Assembly: GCF_009914755.1 (NCBI RefSeq)
Contig: NC_060926.1
Strand: one strand, 5' to 3'
DNA length: 64,000 bases
Origin: the human T2T-CHM13v2.0 reference genome, Homo sapiens
Position numbers and translations under genes: made by a program. Within the stretch, counting starts at the first letter, position 1, and each line of letters opens with the position of its first letter. This document shows, in pieces, positions 24,830-35,273 of this stretch. Below the pieces are notes generated by a model. The model saw only the letters and a program-made list of their open reading frames with translations. It made no database searches and had not been told where the DNA came from.

Positions 24830-26720
24830 AATCGTTGGGGCTGGCGGCCAGGGCAGCGCCCCTGGGAAAGGGCGGAGAAAGAGCGCCATGGACTTTTCTT
24901 CCCCACCCCTTGGCCTCTTCCGCTGCCCCAGGCATTGTGAATGTGGGTCCACGCCTCGTCCGGCCTGCCCCATCTCTTGGCTTAACAGAGGGATCTGGAG
25001 AGCTGTTATTCCCCGCGTTCCCCCGCGGAGTGGCTCTCGAGTGTGGGGAGGTGTTGCGGAGGGGAGTGGACTTAGGGAAGGGGCGGCAAAAGGGCAAAGG
25101 GAGAAATGGCGTGTGTGTGCGTGTCAAGGAATGGAGAGGGCAGGGCGCTTGGGAGCAGGGCGCGAGGCCAGGCTCTGTTGGGCCCCGGCTCACGGCGCCC
25201 CTTCTCTCTGTCTGTACCTGCGTGTGTTGCCGTCGGCGGCGGGGCCGCAGCCAGCGACGTGCCCCAGGACGGGCTGCTTCTGCACGGCCCCTTCGCACGC
25301 AAGCCCAAGCGGATCCGCACGGCCTTCTCGCCCTCGCAGCTGCTGCGGCTGGAGCGCGCCTTCGAGAAGAACCACTACGTGGTGGGCGCCGAGCGGAAGC
25401 AGCTGGCCGGCAGTCTCAGCCTCTCCGAGACGCAGGTAATCACCCCCGGTCGCGGCCTGCCCTGCGCCCGGAGCCCGGGTGGAGGTGAGGGTGCGCGGGT
25501 GCAGGAGAGGCCCTGAGCCCGCCCCAGCCCAGCCCTGCTGGGTTCCAAAAGGCCCCCATTCCCCGCGGCGCTGCGGTCAAGCCCGTCTTTAGAGCCTCTT
25601 CCTCGAGACTGCGTGCAGCCTGCTGAGCCCGCAGGACTTTTGTCAAGCGCTAAAGACCTAGCAGGAGGCAGAGTAAATGCAAACTGTATCCCGAGCCCGG
25701 CTCCCAAAGCTCCTCACGGGGGGACCAGGTTCCCTGGAGGAAGCGGGTCGCCTCGGGAGCGGGCAGCGCAGGCAGCACCGAGGCCACTGGAGCTGGCTCC
25801 AGCCCTGGCATTCCTGCAGCCCTTTTCCCGCCACTGTGTCGGGGCGCTCATAGTCCTGCGGGGAGCCGGTCCGCACTGGCTTTGCTGCTGTTCCTGGGCA
25901 AAACTGGCGGGGCCTTGGCTGCCCACCAGCCAGGAGCGTCTGGGGAGAAAGCCCAGGTGTCCTCAGACTACCAACAGAGGGGCTTAACCAGGGAGGGGCC
26001 AGCCCCTGCTTGGGGCCCGAGGGTTGCTCTGATCCGGCCCAGGCCGGCTGATAGGGCTGTGGAAGCCACGGTGTGCGCGCGCAGAGCATCTGAGTGGCCT
26101 GGGCCTGGTGGGAAATAGACCCCGGGTACTCAGGTGCTTCTCTGAATCACTGGAAAGGCTGTCGAATGGGAGAAGGAATAAACTCCAACGGCGCCTGGGC
26201 TTGAACTGAGTGAAATTAACAATTACCGTGTAGTGTTTTTGTAACTGATCGTTAATTTAAGGGAAAAAATTAAAGAATTAGATGAAAGTTATAGGGAGGT
26301 GGATTTGGGTTCATTGTAAGTAGACTTTGCCATAAATAAATGCTGCCTGGGATCACTGCATAAGCTCTTGGTCCACCCAGGTCCGACGTGTTGGAGTGGG
26401 GCTCAGCGACCCTCAGCCTAGCTGCTGCCCTGGAGGTGGATTTCAGTCTCTGCGTGCCGGCCGGCTCCCAGAGTTGCGAGAGGCCGGCTCCGCGGTCTCC
26501 CAGCTACCTCCCGGCTGACTTTTCACCTTCCGCTCCCCTTTCCTCCTAGTCTCGACCCTACTACACCACCGTCCCCTCCCAAGTCCCGGGCAGTGAGAAG
26601 ATGCCCGGCATGGGGGGCAGCCGGAGCCTCCCTTTAGCAGCCAGAGTAGGAAGGGGGCTTAGTGAGGGAGCCCAGACCCAAACTTCATCCGCAGCTTTCT
26701 TCGGCGGACCTTACCCTCTC
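24830..26720. promoter_or_regulatory. CpG island around EMX1 exon 2
   Basis: CpG-dense block spanning exon 2 and the start of intron 2. Confidence 0.8.
25251..25435 (+). CDS. EMX1: Homeobox protein EMX1, coding exon 2 (homeodomain helices 1-2)
   Basis: Acceptor CCGCAG|CCAGC. Encodes [62 protein letters not shown]. Donor CAG|GTAATC. The 185 nt restore frame (520+185=705). Confidence 0.98.
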
Positions 26721-26915
26721 CTCCTTCAGTGGCATTTTGGCATCTATTGTCGTCATATCTGTCTGCTGCCCCACTTAATCTACAAATCGCTCACGGGTCG
26801 GAGGCAGGACCCGTGCGTTTTCAGATGTACTAGCTGGGCTGTTCTAACTGCAGGGAAAAAGCTTACAAAACAAGAGTTAATTTTAAAAACGTTTCAAAGA
26901 AAGATGTGTTTTTAA
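26550..26915 (+). CDS. EMX1: Candidate alternative terminal coding exon of EMX1
   Basis: Branch-like CTGAC at 26515-26519, a pyrimidine tract, then TAG| at 26547-26549. In phase 0 with exon 2, open for 121 codons to TAA 26913-26915, with AATAAA at 26925-26930. Confidence 0.55.
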   Translation, partial: SRPYYTTVPSQVPGSEKMPGMGGSRSLPLAARVGRGLSEGAQTQTSSAAFFGGPYPLLLQWHFGIYCRHICLLPHLIYKSLTGRRQDPCVFRCTSWAVLTAGKKLTKQELILKTFQRKMCF

Positions 26916-27534
26916 AAATAAGTTAATAAAATAACACTCCCTTTTCCCTCCTGGCAGTGTTTTAAAATTATTGTTTGAAACAAGGTGTCAGTTTAAGAAT
27001 GGTGTTTATAATTAACTTCATTTAAACAGTAATATTTATTAAATTTTAATTGCAGAACTGTAAGAAAACAAAAATGGTTTTTAATCCTACCACCCACAGA
27101 TTAACACTTGTTGAAATAATGTCATTGTTTTTAAACTTTCAATTTTTTAGCTCAGTGAGAGCATTTTTAATTAACTCTCTTTCAAACTGAACCTAGCTGC
27201 CTGTCAATATTTGCTCCTAACAATGCCAGTTAGTAAACGGACTGATTGTTTCTTTCATTTTTATTATGAGACATTTCAAACATATATTTAAAACAAAACC
27301 AGATAGAATAACATAAACGTATCCTGCTTCATTAACTATCAAAACTCAGGGCTAATCTTCTTCCCGTCTGTAAATGAGCTGCTTTTTGCATATGGTACAA
27401 CAAAAAGAATGAGGGGAGGTTTGAGCCTGGGGAACCTGCCGTGGCAGCCTGTCCTTCCAGGTGAAGACCCTGAGATGGAGAGATGGTTTGGACAGAGCTT
27501 CCCAGGTGGGCAAACACGATTTTAAATACCTGCC

Positions 27535-27645
27535 TCCCTGCTAACTTACTGTGTAACCCTGGGCAAGTCACTTAACCTCTCTGAGCTCTGGTTTCCTCAT
27601 TGAGAAAATAGTTGTTTAATGATTAAAGGTACCTCATATGAGCTC
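27535..27645 (+). mobile_element. MIR SINE fragment
   Basis: CTGTGTAACCCTGGGCAAGTCACTTAACCTCTCTGAGCTCTGGTTTCCTCAT is the MIR core. Confidence 0.85.
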
Positions 27646-30600
27646 AAATAATATTAATCCCCATCCCTAGTCCCTTCCCTTTAAGGTAGTATGTCAGATT
27701 AGTAGCATAAGAAGATCCAAACCTGTGTGTCCTCTTAGTCCAGCGTTCTTCCTCCCTTATGCAGTTTCCGTCATCAACATTGCCTTTCTGTTGCCCTCAT
27801 AACTTATCATACGGAGCCAGGCTATATAATTAGCTACTTCTCTATCCGCCTCTTGGTACTTACCAGGCAAGCTTACCTGTCATTTCCAGCTATCAGCTAT
27901 TTGTCAAGCATCAGTCACCCCCAACAGCCCCCCTGCCATGCATTTCTACTGTTAATATCTGTATCTGTCTCCAGAGCTCTCTAATCTGTCCCACCCCGTA
28001 GCTGTTTTACATCTAGCCATATACTTCTGTCTGCTCTCATTAAACTGCCTCCCCAAAACTGGCTAATTTATATTTCCGATTTTCTATTAGTTATATGTTC
28101 TTCCTAACAATAAGAACTATTTACCCATTTGTTCATTATCTTTGTCATCTATTTTACCTTCTGTGTTTCCACCATTCATCTCAAACTTCATCTCCATAGA
28201 GCTATTTCGCAACTGACAAACAGTATATTCATATGTCTGGTAATGGTTATCTATTATTGGCTCTGGCTTTGTCTTCTCTCTGGGTCTGGGCCTCAGTTTC
28301 TGTATCTGTGAGATTGAATGACACAAATTCCAGGGTTTTTTCTAGTGCTGAGTTTCTGTGACTCCTCTACATTCTACTTCTCTGTGTTTCTGTATACTAC
28401 CTCCTCCACATTCTCAGAGCTCACCGCACAACCCCTGCCTATCATGATATGCATCAAACTTTGTTGTTATTACTTAATTATCTGCCATGTCCAAACATCA
28501 ATCTGTAGACCAGCAGTATGCGTCTCTCAGGGAGATCTTAAAATACAGATTCCTGGGTTTCACCCAGGAGATTCTCTTAGGAAGTCCAGGATAGGGTGCA
28601 GGAAAAAGTTTAAAAACAGTTATTTGGGTGATCATGATTAATAACAGGCCTGAGCATCTTAGCTCTGGGAGGCAGAGGCCAAGCCTGTCTGTTTCTTACA
28701 GGACCCAGCTCAGTGCCCGGGATGGAGTACATGCTCAATAAACATGTATTGAATTAATGAGCACATTTCTCTTTGCCCATACAAATACACACTAACTTTA
28801 TCAGTCATTCCCCTTGCTCTCTGCTGTCATTGCTCCCTCCCTGTCCCTCTCCTTCTATCTTTCCCTTGTACTTTCACAGCTGATTGTTGATTTAGATTAT
28901 GCATATACCAGTTTGTGGATAAAACTTCTCGGAGGGTTACTCAGATCAGTGTGTGAATGAGCTCTTAATCCAGATCTCAGAAGTCTGTGCACTCCCCAAG
29001 CTTTAGCCGGGTGCTAGGAGGTGGGCAACCTGGGTGACTCTGTGTGTTTAGTGGGAGTGGGGTATTCGTGCTGGGATGGCCAGTGCCTCAATCTAGGAGA
29101 TGAGGGAAGAGCCCTGGGCAAGGGCTAGTTCTCCCTTCAGGTTCTAATGACTTGTTCCTCACTGCTTGGGTGCCGCCCTGGAGTATGACCAGGAAGGTAC
29201 CAGTCTAAGCTTCAGTCCTGGTGGCTGGTTGGGCAGACCTGGGCCTGGGTCATTGCAGAGGCTCAAGTTTAATGAGTATGTGTAATGGGTGTGTGCAACA
29301 TGTGTCTGCCCATGTGGGGCACCAACGGGCTTTATGTGATTGATGCCCAAAGGTCAGATGATAGCATAGGTACACATTAGATGCCATTAGGCAGTCATAT
29401 GACATGGAGTGCAGCTTGCATGCTTTTGTGTGTGTTCGTGTGTGTGTCGGGGGCAGGGGTAAGTTAGTTTTAGGGGCAGTGAGAGAAAGCACCTGGTTGC
29501 TCCAGGCTGATCAACTGGTCAGTGTTTCCAGCTACTCCTTCTGCTCTGAACAGATCAGCAGGTGTTTCTTGACCTTGCCTGGGTTAGAGTTTAGCTGAGC
29601 GGTGAAGGCAAAGGGTACAGAAACGTGGCCTGTGGCTTTGAAGATTTCTTACTGAGTGATGAAGGCTAAGTGCAAAGCTTGCACATTTGTGAAACATGCA
29701 CAGGAAGAATGACTAGGGTCCCCTTTGAGGTCACAGCTGTGGGCTGAGGGGTGTCAGGATAGAAACGCTTGAGAAGATGGCTCCAGGAGGCCTCAGACCT
29801 GGAAGACTTGGGGGGATGCCTAGGATCCTAGGTTGGAGGGAAAGAAGGGCAGGGTTTGAGGCAGGCAGATGAAGATAGAGCCACCATCTTGGAGCCCAAG
29901 GGCAGGGAGATCTTGGGAGGCAGGAGTTACGGTCACCTGCCTATGGCTTTTTCCCCTCAGAGGCATGGAAAGGAGGATTTGGAGGGTCCTTTCCTGCTCT
30001 GGAATGTTCTGGCCTTAGAGGGATGGATAAGAGGGGGATATCCAAGTGACCTGAATTTTAGGGAAAAATCAAGAGACATTTGTTCCTAGCTCACGGTGTG
30101 TCCACATCTCTTCTCTAAGTCTTGGCTTTTCTTCAAGAACTTCTGCATCTCATGTTCCAGGAGTCCTGTGTGGGAGGATGAGGGGGAGATAAAGGAGATT
30201 AGAGTGGTTCTGTGAGGAGCTGGGACCAACATGTCCTGAGGTGAATCTTATGATGTCTCCCTGAGAGAGACAGAGGAAGGGTCCAGGCTGGGCTGAAAGA
30301 GGAGGAGACAGGGAGGCTTAGGGAGATCATGGTTATGGTTGGTGGGGAGCTGGAGGTGACCTCAGCTTACTGAGGTGAAGGTTGAACTTAGCATGGCATT
30401 GATTGGGCTTGACCTTGAGAGTGGGAACAGCCCACATGATCAAATGATAGGAAATGGGTCCCCAGGGAAGAGAGAAAGCTGAGGGGTGACTTGACTGATA
30501 TCTCCAGGCTCCTGTCCATTCTGGGATATTTGAAATCTTTGAAGACAGGACACGTATTCACCTGAAAGTGTGCAGGGGCCTGGAGCCACAGACTTTTCCA

Positions 30601-33600
30601 TTTGCAGGAGTGGTGAAAAAGAAGGGATCCAGACCTCGTTCATTCAGAATAGCAGATTATTCCAAAGTAAAGTCTGATTAGTTCTGAAATATCGGCTGGA
30701 GCCATAGTTTGCTTGTTTGTTAGTTCATTTTTCCCTTTGTTCTTGCATGCATGTCTTCATTTATTAATGCATACATTGATCAGTCCTCTAGCAAACTGAT
30801 ACATTCATTCATCCATAGCAGTTTCACCTTCTTCATTCTGCCTGACTCAAGCCAACCCTTCTTCTGCCCAGCAGTAGGTGTCCCTCCTCCAACTTCCCCT
30901 AAAAGTGGCCAATCCAATTTACCATGTGGAATATTAAAAACTGGCCCTCTTGCAAAAGTGTCCACAAAACTAAGAAAAAGATCCAGTTTCTCCATCATTG
31001 AGCACTTCTCAAAGCCTTTGCTGATTAGAATTCTACCCCTCTTCTGTTCATTTTCTCCTGTTTTCCAGGTCTGGCCCAGGTACCTCTTGCCTAGAGCATA
31101 GGCTTGTCCAGCCAGATGACTATACATGGAACATGTCCTCTGGGCAGGGCACTGGGACTAACATAACAGTTTGGCTCTCCAGTCTCATAGTCTGGTGAGG
31201 AGGCAGATGTAAATAAATAAATTAGTGCACAGTGGGGGTCACTGTTACTGAGACTGGGAAGAGGTACTAAGGAACTACAGGCAGGTGATGGGGCAGGACC
31301 ATTAAGGAACATCAGGACAGGGTCTTGAAGGCTAAGGAGAGTATTCCAGGGTTGGTAAGTCAGGAGAATGGAGACTTTTGGAAGGATGTGGCCTCTGAGA
31401 AACTGAGATGTTCACTTCACAGTGAAATGAGGACTTGGGAGACCACAAGGGACCTCTTGCTACAGCAGAGAGGTCAGAGTGGGCAAGGGGTCCTCCAGCT
31501 AACATTCCAACTGTACCTCGGGGCTTAGAGAGAGGTGAGTAGTGTGTTTGTGTTGGGGATGGGGAGGCATGTGCAGGACAGATCCAGCCTCCAAGCCATA
31601 CCATATGACCCAGCTCCTTTCCAGGGCCTGTTTTCTCTAGGGAAGGGGCTCTGAAGGATCCAGAGTTGCCTGGCTGGGTTGGAGAGGTCATGAAATGTCA
31701 CTCTCATCTCCTAATACACTCAGAGCCCAGTTCCTTTTCTTTTTCCAAGTAAAAAATAACTACCATTATCAATAATCTATTAAGGAAAATTCAGAAAAGT
31801 AGAAAGAAGAAAGAAACATCACCCACACTTTGGGTATATTTCCTTCTAGTCTTTTTTCCCCATGTGTAGATTTTGTTTTTCTATGGTTGTGATCACACTG
31901 TGCCAGCCTTGTGCATCCTGGCGTTTCCATTAATGCTATGAAGTCATAAGCACTACCCTGTTATTGCAGTCTTTGTAAACAGCATCTGGACACTCAGCCC
32001 AAGGCTGTTCTCCGGAAGATGGCCAGGCTGCACAGGGAGAGGGTTTATGTCCCTGCCTCTAGAGAGATGCCTACTTGACCCCAGTATTTTTCATGGAGAA
32101 AATATTCAGAATCACCTTTCACTTGGGTGCCCTAGGAAGCTGCCTCTGGCCTATCCTGTGCCTGAAGTCGCCATCCAAAGCTTTCCTTCTTTGAGCCAGT
32201 GTTGCTAGTCAAGGGCAGCATGCTGGGCCCGTCCCACTACAGGCCAATGTGACCGTCAGTCTCCTTCCTGAAGGACACTTGGAAATGCGTGTGGAAAGAG
32301 GAAGGTACAGAAAAGGGCCCCCGGTCCCTGGTACTGCCCGCATCACCTGACAGTCACCTTCGGCCAGCCCACTTGGGCTTCTCAGGAATGACACCCCGGC
32401 CCTGCATCTGGCCCTGAGTCACGCGCAGGAGGCAGGGTGAGCTCACCCGCCCACTGACTGGCACAGTCATAGCAGGCTCCAGGGTGGGGGGCAGGGGCCA
32501 GGCTGCTGCCAAATGGTTGTGCTGAGAACCACCCAGGGTCCAGGTGGCCCTGCGCCCAAAGATAGGTGGGCTTGGAGTCCAGCAGCCTGTGCCCAGAGCC
32601 TCTGCCATCCTCCACGGCCGGCCTAGGTGAGATGTGCAGGCTATGGGCTTGGAAATGAGGGGAGAATCCCCTTGCCCTCACTCCATCCATCGAGGCCGGG
32701 CACCAACCCTTCCTGGGCCAGCTTTCCAGCCCCTGGCTGGCTGCTCTGCAGGCACTGAATGCCAGCTGCCCCCATCCCCATGCCAGTGCTCTAAAATCAG
32801 TGCTCTCAAACAAGGGCAGATGGCGCAGTGGAAGTTCTGGCAAGAGGGGACTGTGAGGGGAAGTCCTGGGGTAGGTGGGACAGAGAGGACTGCCTGGGAA
32901 GGGTGTAGGGGCAGCACCTCCTGGGCATGAAACCATCTGCAGGGCACAGGGGCCAGGCCTGCCTCTGCATGCACTGCTTGGCCTTGTGGCTAAGGCCTGT
33001 GCTTTACCCAGTTCTCTGGGAGCAGGAGCAGTCTTTCTGAGGCCTGCCCTCAGCCCTGCCCAGGGTTCAAGGATCTCTCCTCAGCATCATTGCTGCTGCC
33101 AAAACCAAGAGGCTACCCACCATTCCTCACCCGCAACTCTGCCACGCAGCACCGTCTGCACAGCTGCAGTTGGCCACATCCACTTGCTTTTAAATGTGCT
33201 GTCATTTCCTGGAAACCATCCAGGCCTTGTAGCCTGCCCTCTGCACCTCCTCCCCAAGGGGGGCCTCTGGAGCAAGAATCCAAGAGGTGCCCTGGCAGCT
33301 GCAAGTGTCCCCAGAACATTTCTTCTATGCATGAAGGACTGAAGCCCAGAGGGGGAAGGGACTTAGCTGAGAATCAGTACCCAGGATCCTCCTGCCAACG
33401 CTGAAGATGGTTTGGGTCTGGCCTGACTCTGCAAAGCCAAGTAAAGAACCACGGAGTCAGGGAGAGTTGACAGATGAAGGCTTTCTCCACAGCCCACAAG
33501 CACTAAGTCCAGTCCAGGAGCCAGGATGAGCCTCCCAGATTATGCATGAGAGGACATTAAGGGCTGTGTCCTGGACACTGAACAGATGCTGGAGGAGGAG

Positions 33601-34728
33601 GGAAAAGAGGCTTCCTGGAGGAGATGGCTTAGAACCATAGACCTGCCCTCTGCCTCATGCCTCCTCCATCATGGAGGATGGTTGTCCAGTTTCTGTTTGA
33701 ACCCCACCCCATACCTTGCCAGGGCTCTCACTGCCAGACACAGAATAGGGGGCTCCCTGGGTTCAAAGTAGAGCTCACTTCTGTCCCCTGGGCTTCTCCT
33801 GACTGTTCCTTGTGTGACCTGTTCCCACATCTGGATGGGCTGCAGGAGCCAGTGCTGTGGGGACAGAAGGTCTGGAGCTGCCCGTGAAGGGCAGAATGCT
33901 GCCCTCAGACCCGCTTCCTCCCTGTCCTTGTCTGTCCAAGGAGAATGAGGTCTCACTGGTGGATTTCGGACTACCCTGAGGAGCTGGCACCTGAGGGACA
34001 AGGCCCCCCACCTGCCCAGCTCCAGCCTCTGATGAGGGGTGGGAGAGAGCTACATGAGGTTGCTAAGAAAGCCTCCCCTGAAGGAGACCACACAGTGTGT
34101 GAGGTTGGAGTCTCTAGCAGCGGGTTCTGTGCCCCCAGGGATAGTCTGGCTGTCCAGGCACTGCTCTTGATATAAACACCACCTCCTAGTTATGAAACCA
34201 TGCCCATTCTGCCTCTCTGTATGGAAAAGAGCATGGGGCTGGCCCGTGGGGTGGTGTCCACTTTAGGCCCTGTGGGAGATCATGGGAACCCACGCAGTGG
34301 GTCATAGGCTCTCTCATTTACTACTCACATCCACTCTGTGAAGAAGCGATTATGATCTCTCCTCTAGAAACTCGTAGAGTCCCATGTCTGCCGGCTTCCA
34401 GAGCCTGCACTCCTCCACCTTGGCTTGGCTTTGCTGGGGCTAGAGGAGCTAGGATGCACAGCAGCTCTGTGACCCTTTGTTTGAGAGGAACAGGAAAACC
34501 ACCCTTCTCTCTGGCCCACTGTGTCCTCTTCCTGCCCTGCCATCCCCTTCTGTGAATGTTAGACCCATGGGAGCAGCTGGTCAGAGGGGACCCCGGCCTG
34601 GGGCCCCTAACCCTATGTAGCCTCAGTCTTCCCATCAGGCTCTCAGCTCAGCCTGAGTGTTGAGGCCCCAGTGGCTGCTCTGGGGGCCTCCTGAGTTTCT
34701 CATCTGTGCCCCTCCCTCCCTGGCCCAG

Positions 34729-34896
34729 GTGAAGGTGTGGTTCCAGAACCGGAGGACAAAGTACAAACGGCAGAAGCTGGAGGAGGAAGGGCCTGAGTCC
34801 GAGCAGAAGAAGAAGGGCTCCCATCACATCAACCGGTGGCGCATTGCCACGAAGCAGGCCAATGGGGAGGACATCGATGTCACCTCCAATGACTAG
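34729..34896 (+). CDS. EMX1: Homeobox protein EMX1, coding exon 3 (recognition helix and C-terminus)
   Basis: Acceptor CCCTCCCTGGCCCAG|GTG. Encodes [55 protein letters not shown] then TAG. Total CDS 873 nt = 290 aa plus stop. Confidence 0.98.
   Translation: MKVWFQNRRTKYKRQKLEEEGPESEQKKKGSHHINRWRIATKQANGEDIDVTSND
34795..34817 (+). other. Widely used SpCas9 benchmark protospacer plus PAM in EMX1 (a lab target site, not a CRISPR array)
   Basis: GAGTCCGAGCAGAAGAAGAA-GGG is intact. A second common target, GTCACCTCCAATGACTAGGG-TGG, lies at 34879-34901. Confidence 0.95.
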
Positions 34897-35267
34897 GGTG
34901 GGCAACCACAAACCCACGAGGGCAGAGTGCTGCTTGCTGCTGGCCAGGCCCCTGCGTGGGCCCAAGCTGGACTCTGGCCACTCCCTGGCCAGGCTTTGGG
35001 GAGGCCTGGAGTCATGGCCCCACAGGGCTTGAAGCCCGGGGCCGCCATTGACAGAGGGACAAGCAATGGGCTGGCTGAGGCCTGGGACCACTTGGCCTTC
35101 TCCTCGGAGAGCCTGCCTGCCTGGGCGGGCCCGCCCGCCACCGCAGCCTCCCAGCTGCTCTCCGTGTCTCCAATCTCCCTTTTGTTTTGATGCATTTCTG
35201 TTTTAATTTATTTTCCAGGCACCACTGTAGTTTAGTGATCCCCAGTGTCCCCCTTCCCTATGGGAAT

Positions 35268-35273
35268 AATAAA
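35268..35273 (+). terminator. Polyadenylation signal candidate in the EMX1 3'UTR
   Basis: AATAAA 372 nt after the stop, preceded by a U-rich stretch (35179-35215). Confidence 0.7.

Noticed and set aside
34795-34901. CRISPR-associated sequence in EMX1 exon 3
   Set aside because: These are laboratory Cas9 target sites in a normal exon and appear unedited. There is no repeat-spacer array or cas gene in the window.
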